From: Balanoglossus misakiensis
Taxonomy: Eukaryota > Animalia > Hemichordata
Reading direction: 5' to 3'
Assembly (NCBI GenBank): GCA_040954595.2
Contig: CM082581.2
Coordinates: forward strand, 13,155,921 to 13,219,920
DNA length: 64,000 nucleotides
Numbering within the stretch: the stretch's first letter is position 1; each line of letters starts with the position of its first letter. Below, one piece after another: positions 48,401-59,442 of this stretch. The translations under genes were made by a program, and so were the position numbers. The notes beneath the pieces are model-generated. The model had not been told where the DNA came from and searched no databases. It saw only the letters and a list, made by a program, of their open reading frames with translations.

Positions 48401-51400
48401 GCTAGCTATAGAAACACAGACTATGTTTATCACCTGTTAGACACCCAGTCTTCCCTCCGAAAAGTTCAAAGTTTACTTTCATAAAGAAGACTCTTTCCAC
48501 GCCACTGGAGATCTTCCAGGATTTCATGCATGATAAAATTTAAATGGCAAAACCTGTAGTCCTCTTTTCATGCGTTCATACAGGCAACACAGTGGATTTC
48601 TCTCGTTCCATGCTTGTCAAGTTAAGTTCAAAGATCATGTACAAAAAATGACAGCCAGGCTTTTAAGTCATCAACCACTTTCCGTTTTGGCCATGTATTT
48701 TATCAGTGACATTATAGAACTAGAACAAGGTAGCGCTGGAGGTCAAGATAGTAAATCCAGTACAATCAGTGCAAATGAGAAAAGGTGGAATCACTACCTT
48801 GATGAAACACATACAATGGTGTATTCCACAGAGATTTGCAACCGATCCACAAGAACACTTTAACCCTGACTTCTCTGACTGATAAAAAAGCAGCTTTCAG
48901 GTTTCAGAGAAGATGGAGTTTTCAATTCTCCATGATTGATGGTTTAACCATTCATGTACTTTAATATCCCAGGGAACAGAAATCACAATATTCTGTGTGC
49001 ATTTGATGATCACGTATGATTGGTAAGATGGAGGAGACAGTAGAAAATGTCAGAAGTAATGAGACAGACATTATTTCATGAAGTGATGCTGAAATCCCTG
49101 CTGGGCATATGCAGTATGTGCGTCATCAATCTTGTTTTGATACTCCGGGCTTCGAAGTTGTACAGCACAGCATGTGTGGGAGTAGGTTTTAGAGATTGTG
49201 CAAGAGTTTCCACTTTCATATTCTGGCATACAATATGTTCAAATGGTTACATGCTCATTTTCTGCTCGATAAATTCAGTGATTTGCACAAAATGATCATC
49301 ATTCATCATTCAGGAAAACTAGAGTACCACACTGGGTTCGATTTGCTCAATATTGATTTCACTTCTGACCTCCAAAACAATCTGAGAATTCCCCAGTCTT
49401 GGACTGGAAACTAAAACAATCTTTCTCATTCATCACGTGTCCCCTTTGAAACAAAATTTTCTTTTCATGCAACAAAGACACCGACACTTTAACCCATCAT
49501 TTTCCATAATGAGGTTTAAATCTACCATACAAGGGAAAATGGAAGTTACCATGGTTATGGATTGATGATTATTATCTTTCGATCGAAAATCTTTGATAAG
49601 ACATCTTGGCTCATCCGACCTCATATCCGCTTCCTTTGATGTTGGTTGTGGAGCCCCGCTAATGATCAGCAGAAGATCTCCGAGTCATGTGACACAATGA
49701 CATTTCAGTAAATGTCGGGCCTCAGATCTGCACAGAACTTATGGCTGGCATCGTTACACTGCCTTTAATGCCATGTCGCTCGCAGCCCCAAGAGGATAAT
49801 TGCTCATAATGCTACTGATTCATTTCTGAGACTTGGCAAGAGAAAGAGAGAGATGAGCAGAAAACCGGTCATCAAGACCTCTAATCAGACACCGCTCTGA
49901 AGAAAGTCGCTCCAATGATCACTCACTGTTATCTTGATGTGGATGCATTGCTTGCTGATGAGGAGTATAACGATGATGATGATGATGGAAAATACAGGAT
50001 TTAGAGACAGATTAACAAACATCCCAGGCTATGCAGCAAAGAGTCAACTCGGTTTCTATGTAGTAGCACCAAGGTTAAGAGTTCAGCTTAAAAGCAAGGA
50101 CTACCCCGGGATTTGAAAAATGAAGGGTCATCTAAAATACTTTTTGATTGATTTCAAGATAGGACTGATTCGGACTATGCATCAAGAATATATTTATGAT
50201 AATCACTAAGCATGATTGAAATGACAAATTCTAACGACAGGATATTGAGATTTTTTGTGGCTTCAAAACGTCTAATCAGCGTAAAATACACATCACGTTC
50301 AACAAAACTACTGAAAACATAATCTAAATGAAAAGCAATTACTGCTATTCCAAAGCAGTGCCATTTCTAGGTTTTAGTAGAGTCTCGTCAAAAGAAAATT
50401 ACTTGTACGTGAAACATGTACATGTCAGGTGATATTTTTAGGCACTCCGATTCCGAATACCATCATCGCACAGTCAGAGATTAATACACCGTCAAAACTG
50501 AGAGTACAGCTGACTGGGGCCTTTTTCCAGAGTGACAACAAAGTCAATTTGAGCTTTAAGTGCCTCGGCACATTAATAACGAAAGCTTGAAGCATTCATG
50601 GAGACGATATTTAATATGTAATTTGCGCTTGATGGCAAATCGGGGACAATAAGTACGCCACAAAGTAAATCAACTTGCAGGCATTAGGGAGGAAGTACGG
50701 TCGTACCCTTACTGAACTCGTGAATGTACTTCAACTGCCACAATGACTGCTTTGCCTGATTACAATAAGCCTCAGCTCTTACAAGGAGGAAATCCATATT
50801 CATTTTATTTGTTACCGTTAGCAACAGTTGGCGTCACGTTCATCTAATAGAAGTCATAGCACGCAAAACACTCCGAGTCCATCCATACCTCAATATCCAG
50901 ATCCGTGGGTTCATTCAATGACAGTGGCAGTATGGCTATTTTGTTGATGCAGTAGACTTGGCTCTTGTCTGGCAAGCACCCTACAAGTGTCCTCTGACGA
51001 ATCAGTAACAGTTTCCATTCAGATTCTGTGGAGGAGGAAAATGAAGAAACATACATGCAGTTAATTAGCCTGAAAAATGGTTAAAATTTCACGATAAAGA
51101 AATTTGCAATCGTGTTTAACATAAAGTCCAGCATTTCACATCAATTCCTCAGGAATTAACCAATGCTTACAAAATGCCAGAAAATGTCTGCATGTGTGAC
51201 ATTTTCAATGAACTCATGACCTTGTGGAGTGGAGAATTCAATATATATTTATAGATAACCTTGCTGGCTATATGAGATGCCACCATCAATATACTTAAGG
51301 ATGTCCTGTTCCCCCCTCCAGATATCTACAAAGCAAGGTGACATAATGTAGAAAACTTCACAGATGGGATAATCAATGGGACTGAATAGACGCAATGTTG

Positions 51401-54400
51401 AGTCAATCAACGGCTTTCACTGGTGAGGTGAGAGCGTGTTTGCATCCAAATTGGATGCTGATTGACTGGCAGTGCAGTCAGACGCTGATTAGCAGGACCG
51501 TTTGCCTCACACAAGAATAACCAGGCCCCAACTGGGGAAATTATACCACTTATAAGCTACCGTCGGCACGAACGTACAATTTCAACAACAGAACGTGCTG
51601 TTATGAATTTAACATGCTTATCACTGAAGTAAGAAACCTGGCTAATTTTAGGTTTCACAATTTGTCCTTTTTTTAAGTTCCTCTTTGCCCTATTGGCAAA
51701 TGTGAGTCTGTTTTTTTTTTTTAAATAATGGGACAACGATTGTCAAAAGTTCATCATTAAAGGTAGACGTACCTCTTATTTTGAATAAATTCTAGTTGCT
51801 ATATTTAATTTTTTTAATAGCGTATGTTGATGCAGGGTTTGATATGGACATAATTTGCTCAGAATTTCATCAGCATGATAGCCACTGTGGACATAATATG
51901 AATATATCTGTTTACAATTTCTATTTTTGAAAGCAGAAAAGCAAAACCATTTAACTACCACACAACCGCTGCATTATAATCATGCAGCTGCTTCCAAAAC
52001 CACATGCCCTTTGCTACTGTGCTTTGTGACTTGTAACAGCTGGGGTACCCTATCATATTGCACCTGATGTCACAATGATATATTTTTATCCACTGGAATC
52101 CACGCTGAAAAAGCTTGGCAGCGTTTTTTTTATGGAGTGCTACTAGCTGCCTCGCCTAGATCTCAACAAATACTGGGCAGTATCAATTAAGCTATACTGG
52201 CTTGCAGCAAAGCTGGCGCTATCTCTCAAGGTCCCCAAAAGGGAAATACTTTATTTCAGGAAACCAATACGAAATACGACACAGGGGCCTCAGAGCCAAG
52301 ATTCAGCTGATTGGTGTACAAACTCTCTGGTTCACGTCCCAGAAATTGACATTAACCAACAAATTAAATTTCAATAAATATTGTAATTTCCCAGAAAGAG
52401 ATTGCATCTATGTTGGATGTCGGATGTTCTCAGTACATTTCACATAAATCAGGAATAGGCGCCATCTTTTCTGGGGAGTACTATTAAAACTGGAATGCTG
52501 CCCACAGCTCACACTGGATGTACAGAAACAGCAAACAAGTATGTCATTCACTCAGTCTGTCAACCAATACAACGGAAATCAAATTCCAGTGAACAAAGTC
52601 ATGCATTATTTATTCACTGCCTGGATTGTGAAATTGCTTGTACGGCTAACCCTTCACATGAATCAGTAAACATGTAATTTGACATTTGCAATTACACGAA
52701 GGCAACACAGATTCACCACACGCAACTAAAGCCAGGAGCTGGGAGAATGTTCCTTTGGATCAGTAGAAAGGATGAAACGATGAAAAAAATATCTTGTTTT
52801 ATTACAGTGTTACAGAAGTGAGACTAGTAGAGTTTTTTTTAGAATTCAAACAACAGAATGACTCATACAGGCTGTTGTGAAACACACTGTCTGCCTTTAT
52901 CTGGTACAGACATACAAATGTACATGCACATGTATGCGTGACTTCTATTCTTTTCAGTTCTGTGTCTACCATATGGTCATGCCACTCAAATATCAAGCCT
53001 GTGGGGTAAATTAGTGAATAAATAGACTAGCCTTTTTTACTGGTTAGATGCCTGAGTATAAATATTTACACTAGTTTTACTTTTTTGTAAATATTTATCA
53101 ATCCACAAAATAGTTTTGCCTAAAAATAATATGTATTTAACTGGCTCTACAAGCTAATCAATGTAAAAAATATATTGCCATTTTTAAAATTGATATTTTC
53201 CTAATGTCAAGCCTACCACCATGGTCTTTAGTTTATCCCCAGTTAATTGAAAACAATCACTCCTAAAACTTATACCAGAAATAAATAGCAAATTCCCAAA
53301 ATAATTTCACTTCCCTGGATGAGTATTTCTAAAATGTTCAGTTTAATTTCCTCTCTGTGAAAGCAAAAACTACAATGACCCATTGTATGTATCATGACAT
53401 CACTTCAATTTATATATCTCAACAATTCCTGTATTGGCACCTTGATGAGAGTAATTAATTTCATTGCAATTTAATTGGAACACATTATGATCACAACTAA
53501 AAATTGCACAAAATTCATTTTTTTTAAATTTCATGGTCCAGTGCACACTGAAACAGACAAGTGTTAGACAAAATTACATTCCTTTCTCATGATGTAATGC
53601 ACAGAATTTTAACACAAAGTAAATGGTTGCTAGGAATTCAAGGTACTGCCCAGTCATTCACACTGTGTGCAAACACTTCATGATTTCCTTTCAAGAACTA
53701 TTTAGTTGAGGCCTTATTATTCCATTACAGCATGAGCTATCATCCTTTCAATAATTTAAGTACCATAAACCATATTTTCAAAACAGCCACTTATTCACTT
53801 TGAATGTCCGCTTGCCCCGTGTGTCAATACTTGAGATTCAAATTTCAATGACCTGCTTTTGAAGGCTTTGTCGGGCAAGACAGCTTTATAGTATATATAC
53901 AGCAAGATGTAACATGGCCCATAACACTGGCACAGGTCAATACAAAAAAGTGGTTTCTGATCTCCATATTTTTAGATCAAGTTCTAGTATATATACTGTA
54001 ACAATCTATCAAAATTGAAAATAACTGTACAATGATATTGATCTATACTGGCCTTCTGAATCTAACATACTTGCCATATCATGTAAAACTGGCAACCGAC
54101 CTTGTCCATAAATAGACTTAAAGAATTGCCTATTGTCAGTAATAACCTTGATATCAGACGGTTTTCCATTTCCACAATTGTTCCATATTGACGCATTTCA
54201 CAAAACACCTTTCTGTAGCTAAATTACATAACCAATTATGAACACACTAACATACATAGGTTTACCGGTACATTAGTTGTTGGGGTTTCTGTGTACAATG
54301 ATTGATAGATTCACTATGTTTTTTTTAATTCCCAACCAGCATTTTTTATTGACTTTTGGCTCTCCATTGTATAAATGTATGTGTATGTAGTACATGGACG

Positions 54401-55375
54401 AACCGAAAGCTCTCAACACGCCCCATAAAATCAATAGTCCTGATATTCATAAAGTCTCAGCAAAACGCACTGAAAACTTTGTTGGCTCAATTATTACCAA
54501 CAATCAATGAAAACCAATTACCATTACTTTTTACTGAAAAGAATTCCCTACAAAACATGCAAATTTATGTAAATGTCGAATGTTTTCTATGTTCATTTTG
54601 ACACCAACCAGCCAAACTTTTATTGACATTTTTGAACAGATCTGGTACAAATATCATCATTCTCTTTTTCAGTAACTTTTATCTATTATTTTTTCTTTCG
54701 GCATTTTCGTGGTGAGCTTTTATTACTGATGCGGCTCTAACTATTATCAGTGTGGTATGTGTTGCCGCCCATCAGTTCATCTGCATCAATGAAAACGCGA
54801 AAAAAAGAAGTAAACACGCACACTTTATCTCTCATTCAAGAACTGTAGTTAGTTATACACCTAGATAAAAGTAATCGATACAATGACACAAACTTAAATG
54901 TTTGCAAAGGCAACACACCAATGTTTACATAAAATATAATGAACATACGAGTATCGAAACGTACGGACTTCACGCACATCGATACGATACGATACATCAC
55001 TAACCTGGGTGAATTTGTATTTTGCCGATAACTCCTTCAACTTGGCCGAGACATATAGGATTCCAGGCTGAACAGAGATCTGACCCTAGAGAATTTTAGC
55101 ATACAAAAGAAAAGGTTGAAACAACGGTGAGTCGATCGTAAACAAACGAAAATCGATCTCCGTATATAGTATAGTGCGGAACTCTATTTACTTGTGTAGG
55201 CGTAAAAATCATCATGTACACGGGGACATTCAGCTGTCAAGCTGCAATATACGATAGGTGAAAATAGGATCGGCTCACCTCTTCTTGGTGTTATTCGTCC
55301 ATCAAATCTATTACACCATAAGCTGTATTCTCCATCCTGAATAATGTAATGGTCATGAGCCTGGAACAATTCCAT
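39461..55375 (-). CDS. INPP5F: Phosphatidylinositide phosphatase SAC2 (Sac domain, hSac2 domain, long acidic/Ser-rich tail)
   Basis: MELFQAHDHYIIQDGEYSLWC start; AWNPICLG; LISRRSRHRAGTRYKRRGVD; RGSVPVYWSQ; catalytic CX5RT in RVNCMDCLDRTN; WANNGDAVSRQYAGT; hSac2 GGWALIDCDP and GYFHTLR; C-terminal CLTKFIQL. Confidence 0.96.
41860..42120. repeat. Degenerate minisatellite (~32-bp unit, core ATGACATCACA) in an INPP5F intron
   Basis: Repeated aacataatgacatcacaatcacac-like units at ~41929, 41962, 41986, 42018, 42051, 42083, with further cores at 41862 and 42108. Confidence 0.8.
42746..42781 (-). CDS. INPP5F: Candidate 36-nt cassette exon of INPP5F (GETELQFEQLFI)
   Basis: Poly-T tract, then ttgcag|GAGAAAC...TTCATAT|gtaagt; phase 1-1 matches the host intron; no stop. 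Confidence 0.7.
43350..43406. repeat. (CA)n/(GACA)n microsatellite
   Basis: acacacagacacacacacacacaagctgacagacagacagacagac read directly. Confidence 0.85.
44565..44630 (-). CDS. INPP5F: Candidate cassette exon of INPP5F with alternative in-frame boundaries
   Basis: ~70-nt pyrimidine tract; acceptors giving exon starts at 44630, 44612 or 44585; donors after 44586 (GTATGT) and 44565 (GTAAGT). All combinations are multiples of 3 and stop-free in phase 2. Confidence 0.5.
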
Positions 55376-55428
55376 TTCTGATCCGCTGTCGCTAGTTTAT
55401 GTCGACTGTCCTCTCTTCATCCTTCACC

Positions 55429-55458
55429 CGCCATGTTCATTTCCCATGATTCTTTGCG
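55429..55458. promoter_or_regulatory. INPP5F proximal promoter motifs (YY1-like and ZNF143/Staf-like)
   Basis: CCGCCATGTT at ~55428-55437 and TTCCCATGATTCTTTGCG at 55441-55458, 55-85 bp upstream of the ATG. Confidence 0.55.
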
Positions 55459-55596
55459 GAGAAACGAAAGTCTGTGGTAAACTGTCCGAACGTGGCGCCA
55501 TGACAAGAATTCAGCAACTTTTAAAAACTGTTTTATTAGGAATACATTTTATACGGGATCCTTTACAGTCAACACGTATGCACACATAAAGAACTG

Positions 55597-55708
55597 AGAA
55601 GTAATATGACTTGCTCAAAAATCAGCTACCACGTCTCGGTCTCAAACCCACAACCCTCAGATTGCAAGACTGGAAAGCCTAAACCTTCACCACTAAGCCA
55701 CGAGAACT
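55597..55708 (-). mobile_element. Decayed tRNA-derived SINE
   Basis: Minus strand: A box TGGCTTAGTGG (55700-55690), B-box-like GGTTTGAGACC (55648-55638), then GAGCAAGTCA (55616-55607), which resembles the conserved core downstream of the tRNA head in many animal SINEs. Confidence 0.65.
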
Positions 55709-55943
55709 CATATACGGTCAATACCCATGGAAAATTATCTATAGTTACCATGGCAAATTGAGATCTAGCCATACGTTCTTTGAAACACTCAAATACGCAA
55801 TTTCAGCCATATATGGGCGTATGCGATAATAGTAGGATTTATAAGTAAAGAGAAAAGCAGAGCATGATTTCCATCATATAGTGGCACTTATTTTATTTAT
55901 GTGATCAGAAACCTGTTTCTTATTTCTTATAAAGTTTCTTTAA

Positions 55944-57953
55944 CTATTTGAGAATGACATGGAAAACCAGTAAACTGACGATTAACCAAATGAAGAATGA
56001 AATCTCTATCGGTCTTGCATCGCTGGGGTCCATTATCAGCATATCGACGGTGTTTGCCAGAGATCCGTTGTTCGGTGCCGGTTCCAACCCCATCAAATGG
56101 CACATCATCGGATAGATATCCACTAGGCTGAAAGGTTTGATTTTGGCACCAACTTTGATGCGCGGTCCTCTAGCGACGAAGAAATTCCTCATCGACTCGA
56201 GCTCGTCGTCGTATCCGTGCATTCCCGGCAAATCTAAACGACTATCACTCGATTCTGATATATTCTGAAATAAAAAATATACAAAATTACGTTCAATTGA
56301 TGCTCCAGTGGGAATTTTTGCACGATGCCTTGATAGGGGCCTATACTCAAAATTTAAGATTGTCATTTTCCTGATTGGTACATAAGTTATATACCAACGA
56401 ACTTTAAAAGAATGAATTGAAATCTCCCCAACAGCTCGACATTTTCAATAAGAGTGTCAACAAAAAGTATGTACTGCCAGTAATAGTTTAGAAGCTTTTC
56501 TGTGTTAGAAATATCTGAACGGCGCTATTCTTATAGGCCTATTCACATTTACCGCTAAAATTTCCCAGCCTTCGTCACATACAATCACTATTGGCAGAAT
56601 CCGCCGATGATTTGTATAATGGAAACGTTGGGGAAGTTCATCTTTCATATATACTGTCATGTTTGGATGTTGGTCTTTGAGTGCTTCGTAAACCTGTGAT
56701 AGCTTCCCATCTTTTGGCAAAACGTTCATGACCGGACCTGTCTCTGAAACTTGGTCGACATCTGCTGGATCGACATAAGTGTACAAGTCAATTTTTCGAT
56801 CTCGCGATATATCGGTCATTCCGTGGTCTGTGGTAACGATGATGGTCAGCGTTTGGTACAAGTCTTCCGCCTTTAATCGGTCGATCAAATATCCCAAATG
56901 ACCGTCCATTTCTTCAACCTTTGCCAATATTTCGTTGGAGTTTGGGCCATATTCGTGGCCTGTAGCGTCAGGTTCATCGAAGTATAAGGTCACAAAGTCG
57001 ATGTCTTCATCTTTAAACCACCTGACGACTGAATCTATTCTGGTTCTAAAAGGATGACTTCCATTGTAAGGCAACCAGATATCGGGTCTGTACCCGCCAT
57101 TTGTTAAGGTTTCACTGCCGACCCAGAAGTAAGAAGCGCTCCGCCCGCCATTTTTATTTACCGTCACCCACATAGGTTCCCCACCGTTGTCCCACCACTT
57201 CGTGTCCTTGCTTGAGTAACCAAAGGACTCGTTGAAAAGGGGGTCGTACATGTAATTGCCAACAATGCCATGACTTTCTTGGTACAAACCTGCAAAGAAT
57301 GTATGTAAAGTGACATACCTAATAAAGCGACATCGGCATGTATGTGTCCCTTTAACAGAGGTAACACAGTAGATGAGTCTGACGACTTTACAGATTGGGG
57401 ATCGACCCGATACTACCCCTAAAAGACTAGGAGCATGCCCTATCACTCTTATCACTCTTATCAATAAGCCAATACTTGAAACTACATGTATAAATCAAGT
57501 AATGAATAAATATTTGATTTGTTTTACAGTATGCGCTTGAAAGGAAGTGTAAATCAATGATCCATTTCATTATTTTCGATTTTTAACACTTTGAATACTA
57601 GTACTACAGGTACCACAGTGCCGGTGACTATAAGTCCAAAGGCACTGAAGGGACTTCTTGTAGAGTCCGACGTGAAAATTGCGGGCCAACAACTAGAATG
57701 TCTGACACGCACACTTACCAGTAATAATTGAGTAGTGACACCCGAAGGTTTTTGTCATGAAGGTCGGTGTGACATAGTCTGCCCTCGCTCCTTCCCTTAT
57801 AAACTGGTCAAAGTTCGGCGTCTCGACACGATCTAGATAGTCGGGGCGAAAACCATCCATTGAAATCAAGAGGAGTCGATCATTCAGTGCGAACGAAACA
57901 GAGACGATGCACAGCATCGCTAACAAAGTTGCTGCACGCGTTTGCAGCGACAT
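55944..57953 (-). CDS. Short-type ectonucleotide pyrophosphatase/phosphodiesterase (ENPP4/5/7-like); 3 exons
   Basis: Signal peptide; LLLISMDGFRPDY; nucleophile motif TKTFGCHYSIITGLYQESHGI; EPDATGHEYGP; TTDHGM; GMHGYD; VDIYPMMCHLMGLEPAPNNGS; hydrophobic C-terminus (TM or GPI signal). Confidence 0.92.
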
Positions 57954-59442
57954 TTCGAAGTAGACGTTTTTCAGCTCGTGTATATCTTATCGACCTCTAC
58001 GCTTCGGTATCTGACTGTGTCTGACTGACGAGTCTAAGCTGCTTTTACTGGGGTCGTGGTGAAAGAGTAAATCAACTTTGTTTGGTCTGCAATTAATCAA
58101 GGGCGGAATCACACGCAAAAAGGGGGAGGGTCGTGGTACCGTGTAGGAAGGAATAAATCAGTGAACACGGCCACCCACGAAAGTTTGTGGTGTAACCATA
58201 TAAATGTGAAACAACGATCTTTTTTCGCCAGTCTCTGGTAGTTTATTTTACATTGGATAAATTAACAAAAATTCAAAAGAGTTAAGTTTTCTTATATTTT
58301 GGAGCATGGCTTGTGTTCTGTAAAAGCACAAAGACCCAAGTTACTTTCTTTAATAACTTAGAATTTTCTGTGATAAGTTATTTTATTAAAAGGGGACCAT
58401 GAATGTTACAAATCTAAATTTCTTATATTTCAATGCTGCAAAATGCATTGCTTATTTTTTTCAAAGTGTAAATTTGTCATCAGAGTTTTTTGCCAATATT
58501 TTCCGTACATCAATATCACACAAGAAAATTAAAACAAAAAAACAACTACCCTCTACTTCAAGCAAAATTTCTTGCATGACTCTGTATTTATAGAATTCTG
58601 AAAATGTTTAACAAAGTTTTGGATAACAACTGTACAGCTATTAAACTTAAACTTTAAATACCTAAACTTTACATTATTCCCATATATATATGTTAGAAAC
58701 ATTCTTTGCATACATATTTTTTATTTATAACATCATTCAATTAATTTATATTTGCTATACCTGCAACCTTATTTCAGCAAAAAAGTTGCCTTTTACAAAC
58801 TTAATATCCATAGGTTTACAAGTAATGCAACATTACTAAGCTATTTTGTTTTGAAATTCCATGATAAAAACATGGAATAAAGTTGCATTTTGTAATATGC
58901 AAAATATGTGATTTACACCTTCCCTACCATATTTTTGGTTCTGTCCAATACCTTTCATTGGTTCTAGTATGTTTGGAATCATACATGTAAAAATGGGGAT
59001 GAGTGGCTCAAACCTGAAATCCACACCTGCTAAAAGTTTAGGACGGTTTTTGTCACACAAAGTAAAAATCTTAGTGGGCGAGCGCACTATACAATGGGGT
59101 GGTGTCAAATACTACCTTTTTATTTCTGCTGGGGGGGGGGGGTGTCAATTCACAGGATGTTGAATTGCATGCTGGATAGTAGTCATCCATGAAATTTGAT
59201 TCTATTTATTCAACTGGTAGCTATCTACCATTCTGAATTTTCTGTTCTACCCACTTCAGTGCGTGACTATTTGTCACAGCCCACATATAAATTATGTCAT
59301 ACATAAATTTACATAGTTATTTAGATCTTGAGGCAGTGATGCTTGGGTACAGTGGCTCAACCATGCCTGCAATTAACTCCCGGCAAGTAAAAATAAATCA
59401 TAAGTTGGTCAGACAAAGTTTAAGTTTCAAGGAAGCTTCTAT

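Noticed and set aside
52200-52470. Promoter-like cluster (CCAAT, ATTGG, GCGCCATCTT) in INPP5F intron 2
   Set aside because: No associated exon or ORF was found; short motifs like these arise by chance or from repeats.
55630-55708. Functional tRNA gene
   Set aside because: The B box is degenerate, no convincing cloverleaf forms, and SINE-core-like sequence follows.
58385-59160. AT-rich block starting TTAAAAGGGG with poly-G/GTGTCAA motifs, a possible DNA transposon remnant
   Set aside because: No matching terminal repeat or second copy could be identified within the window.
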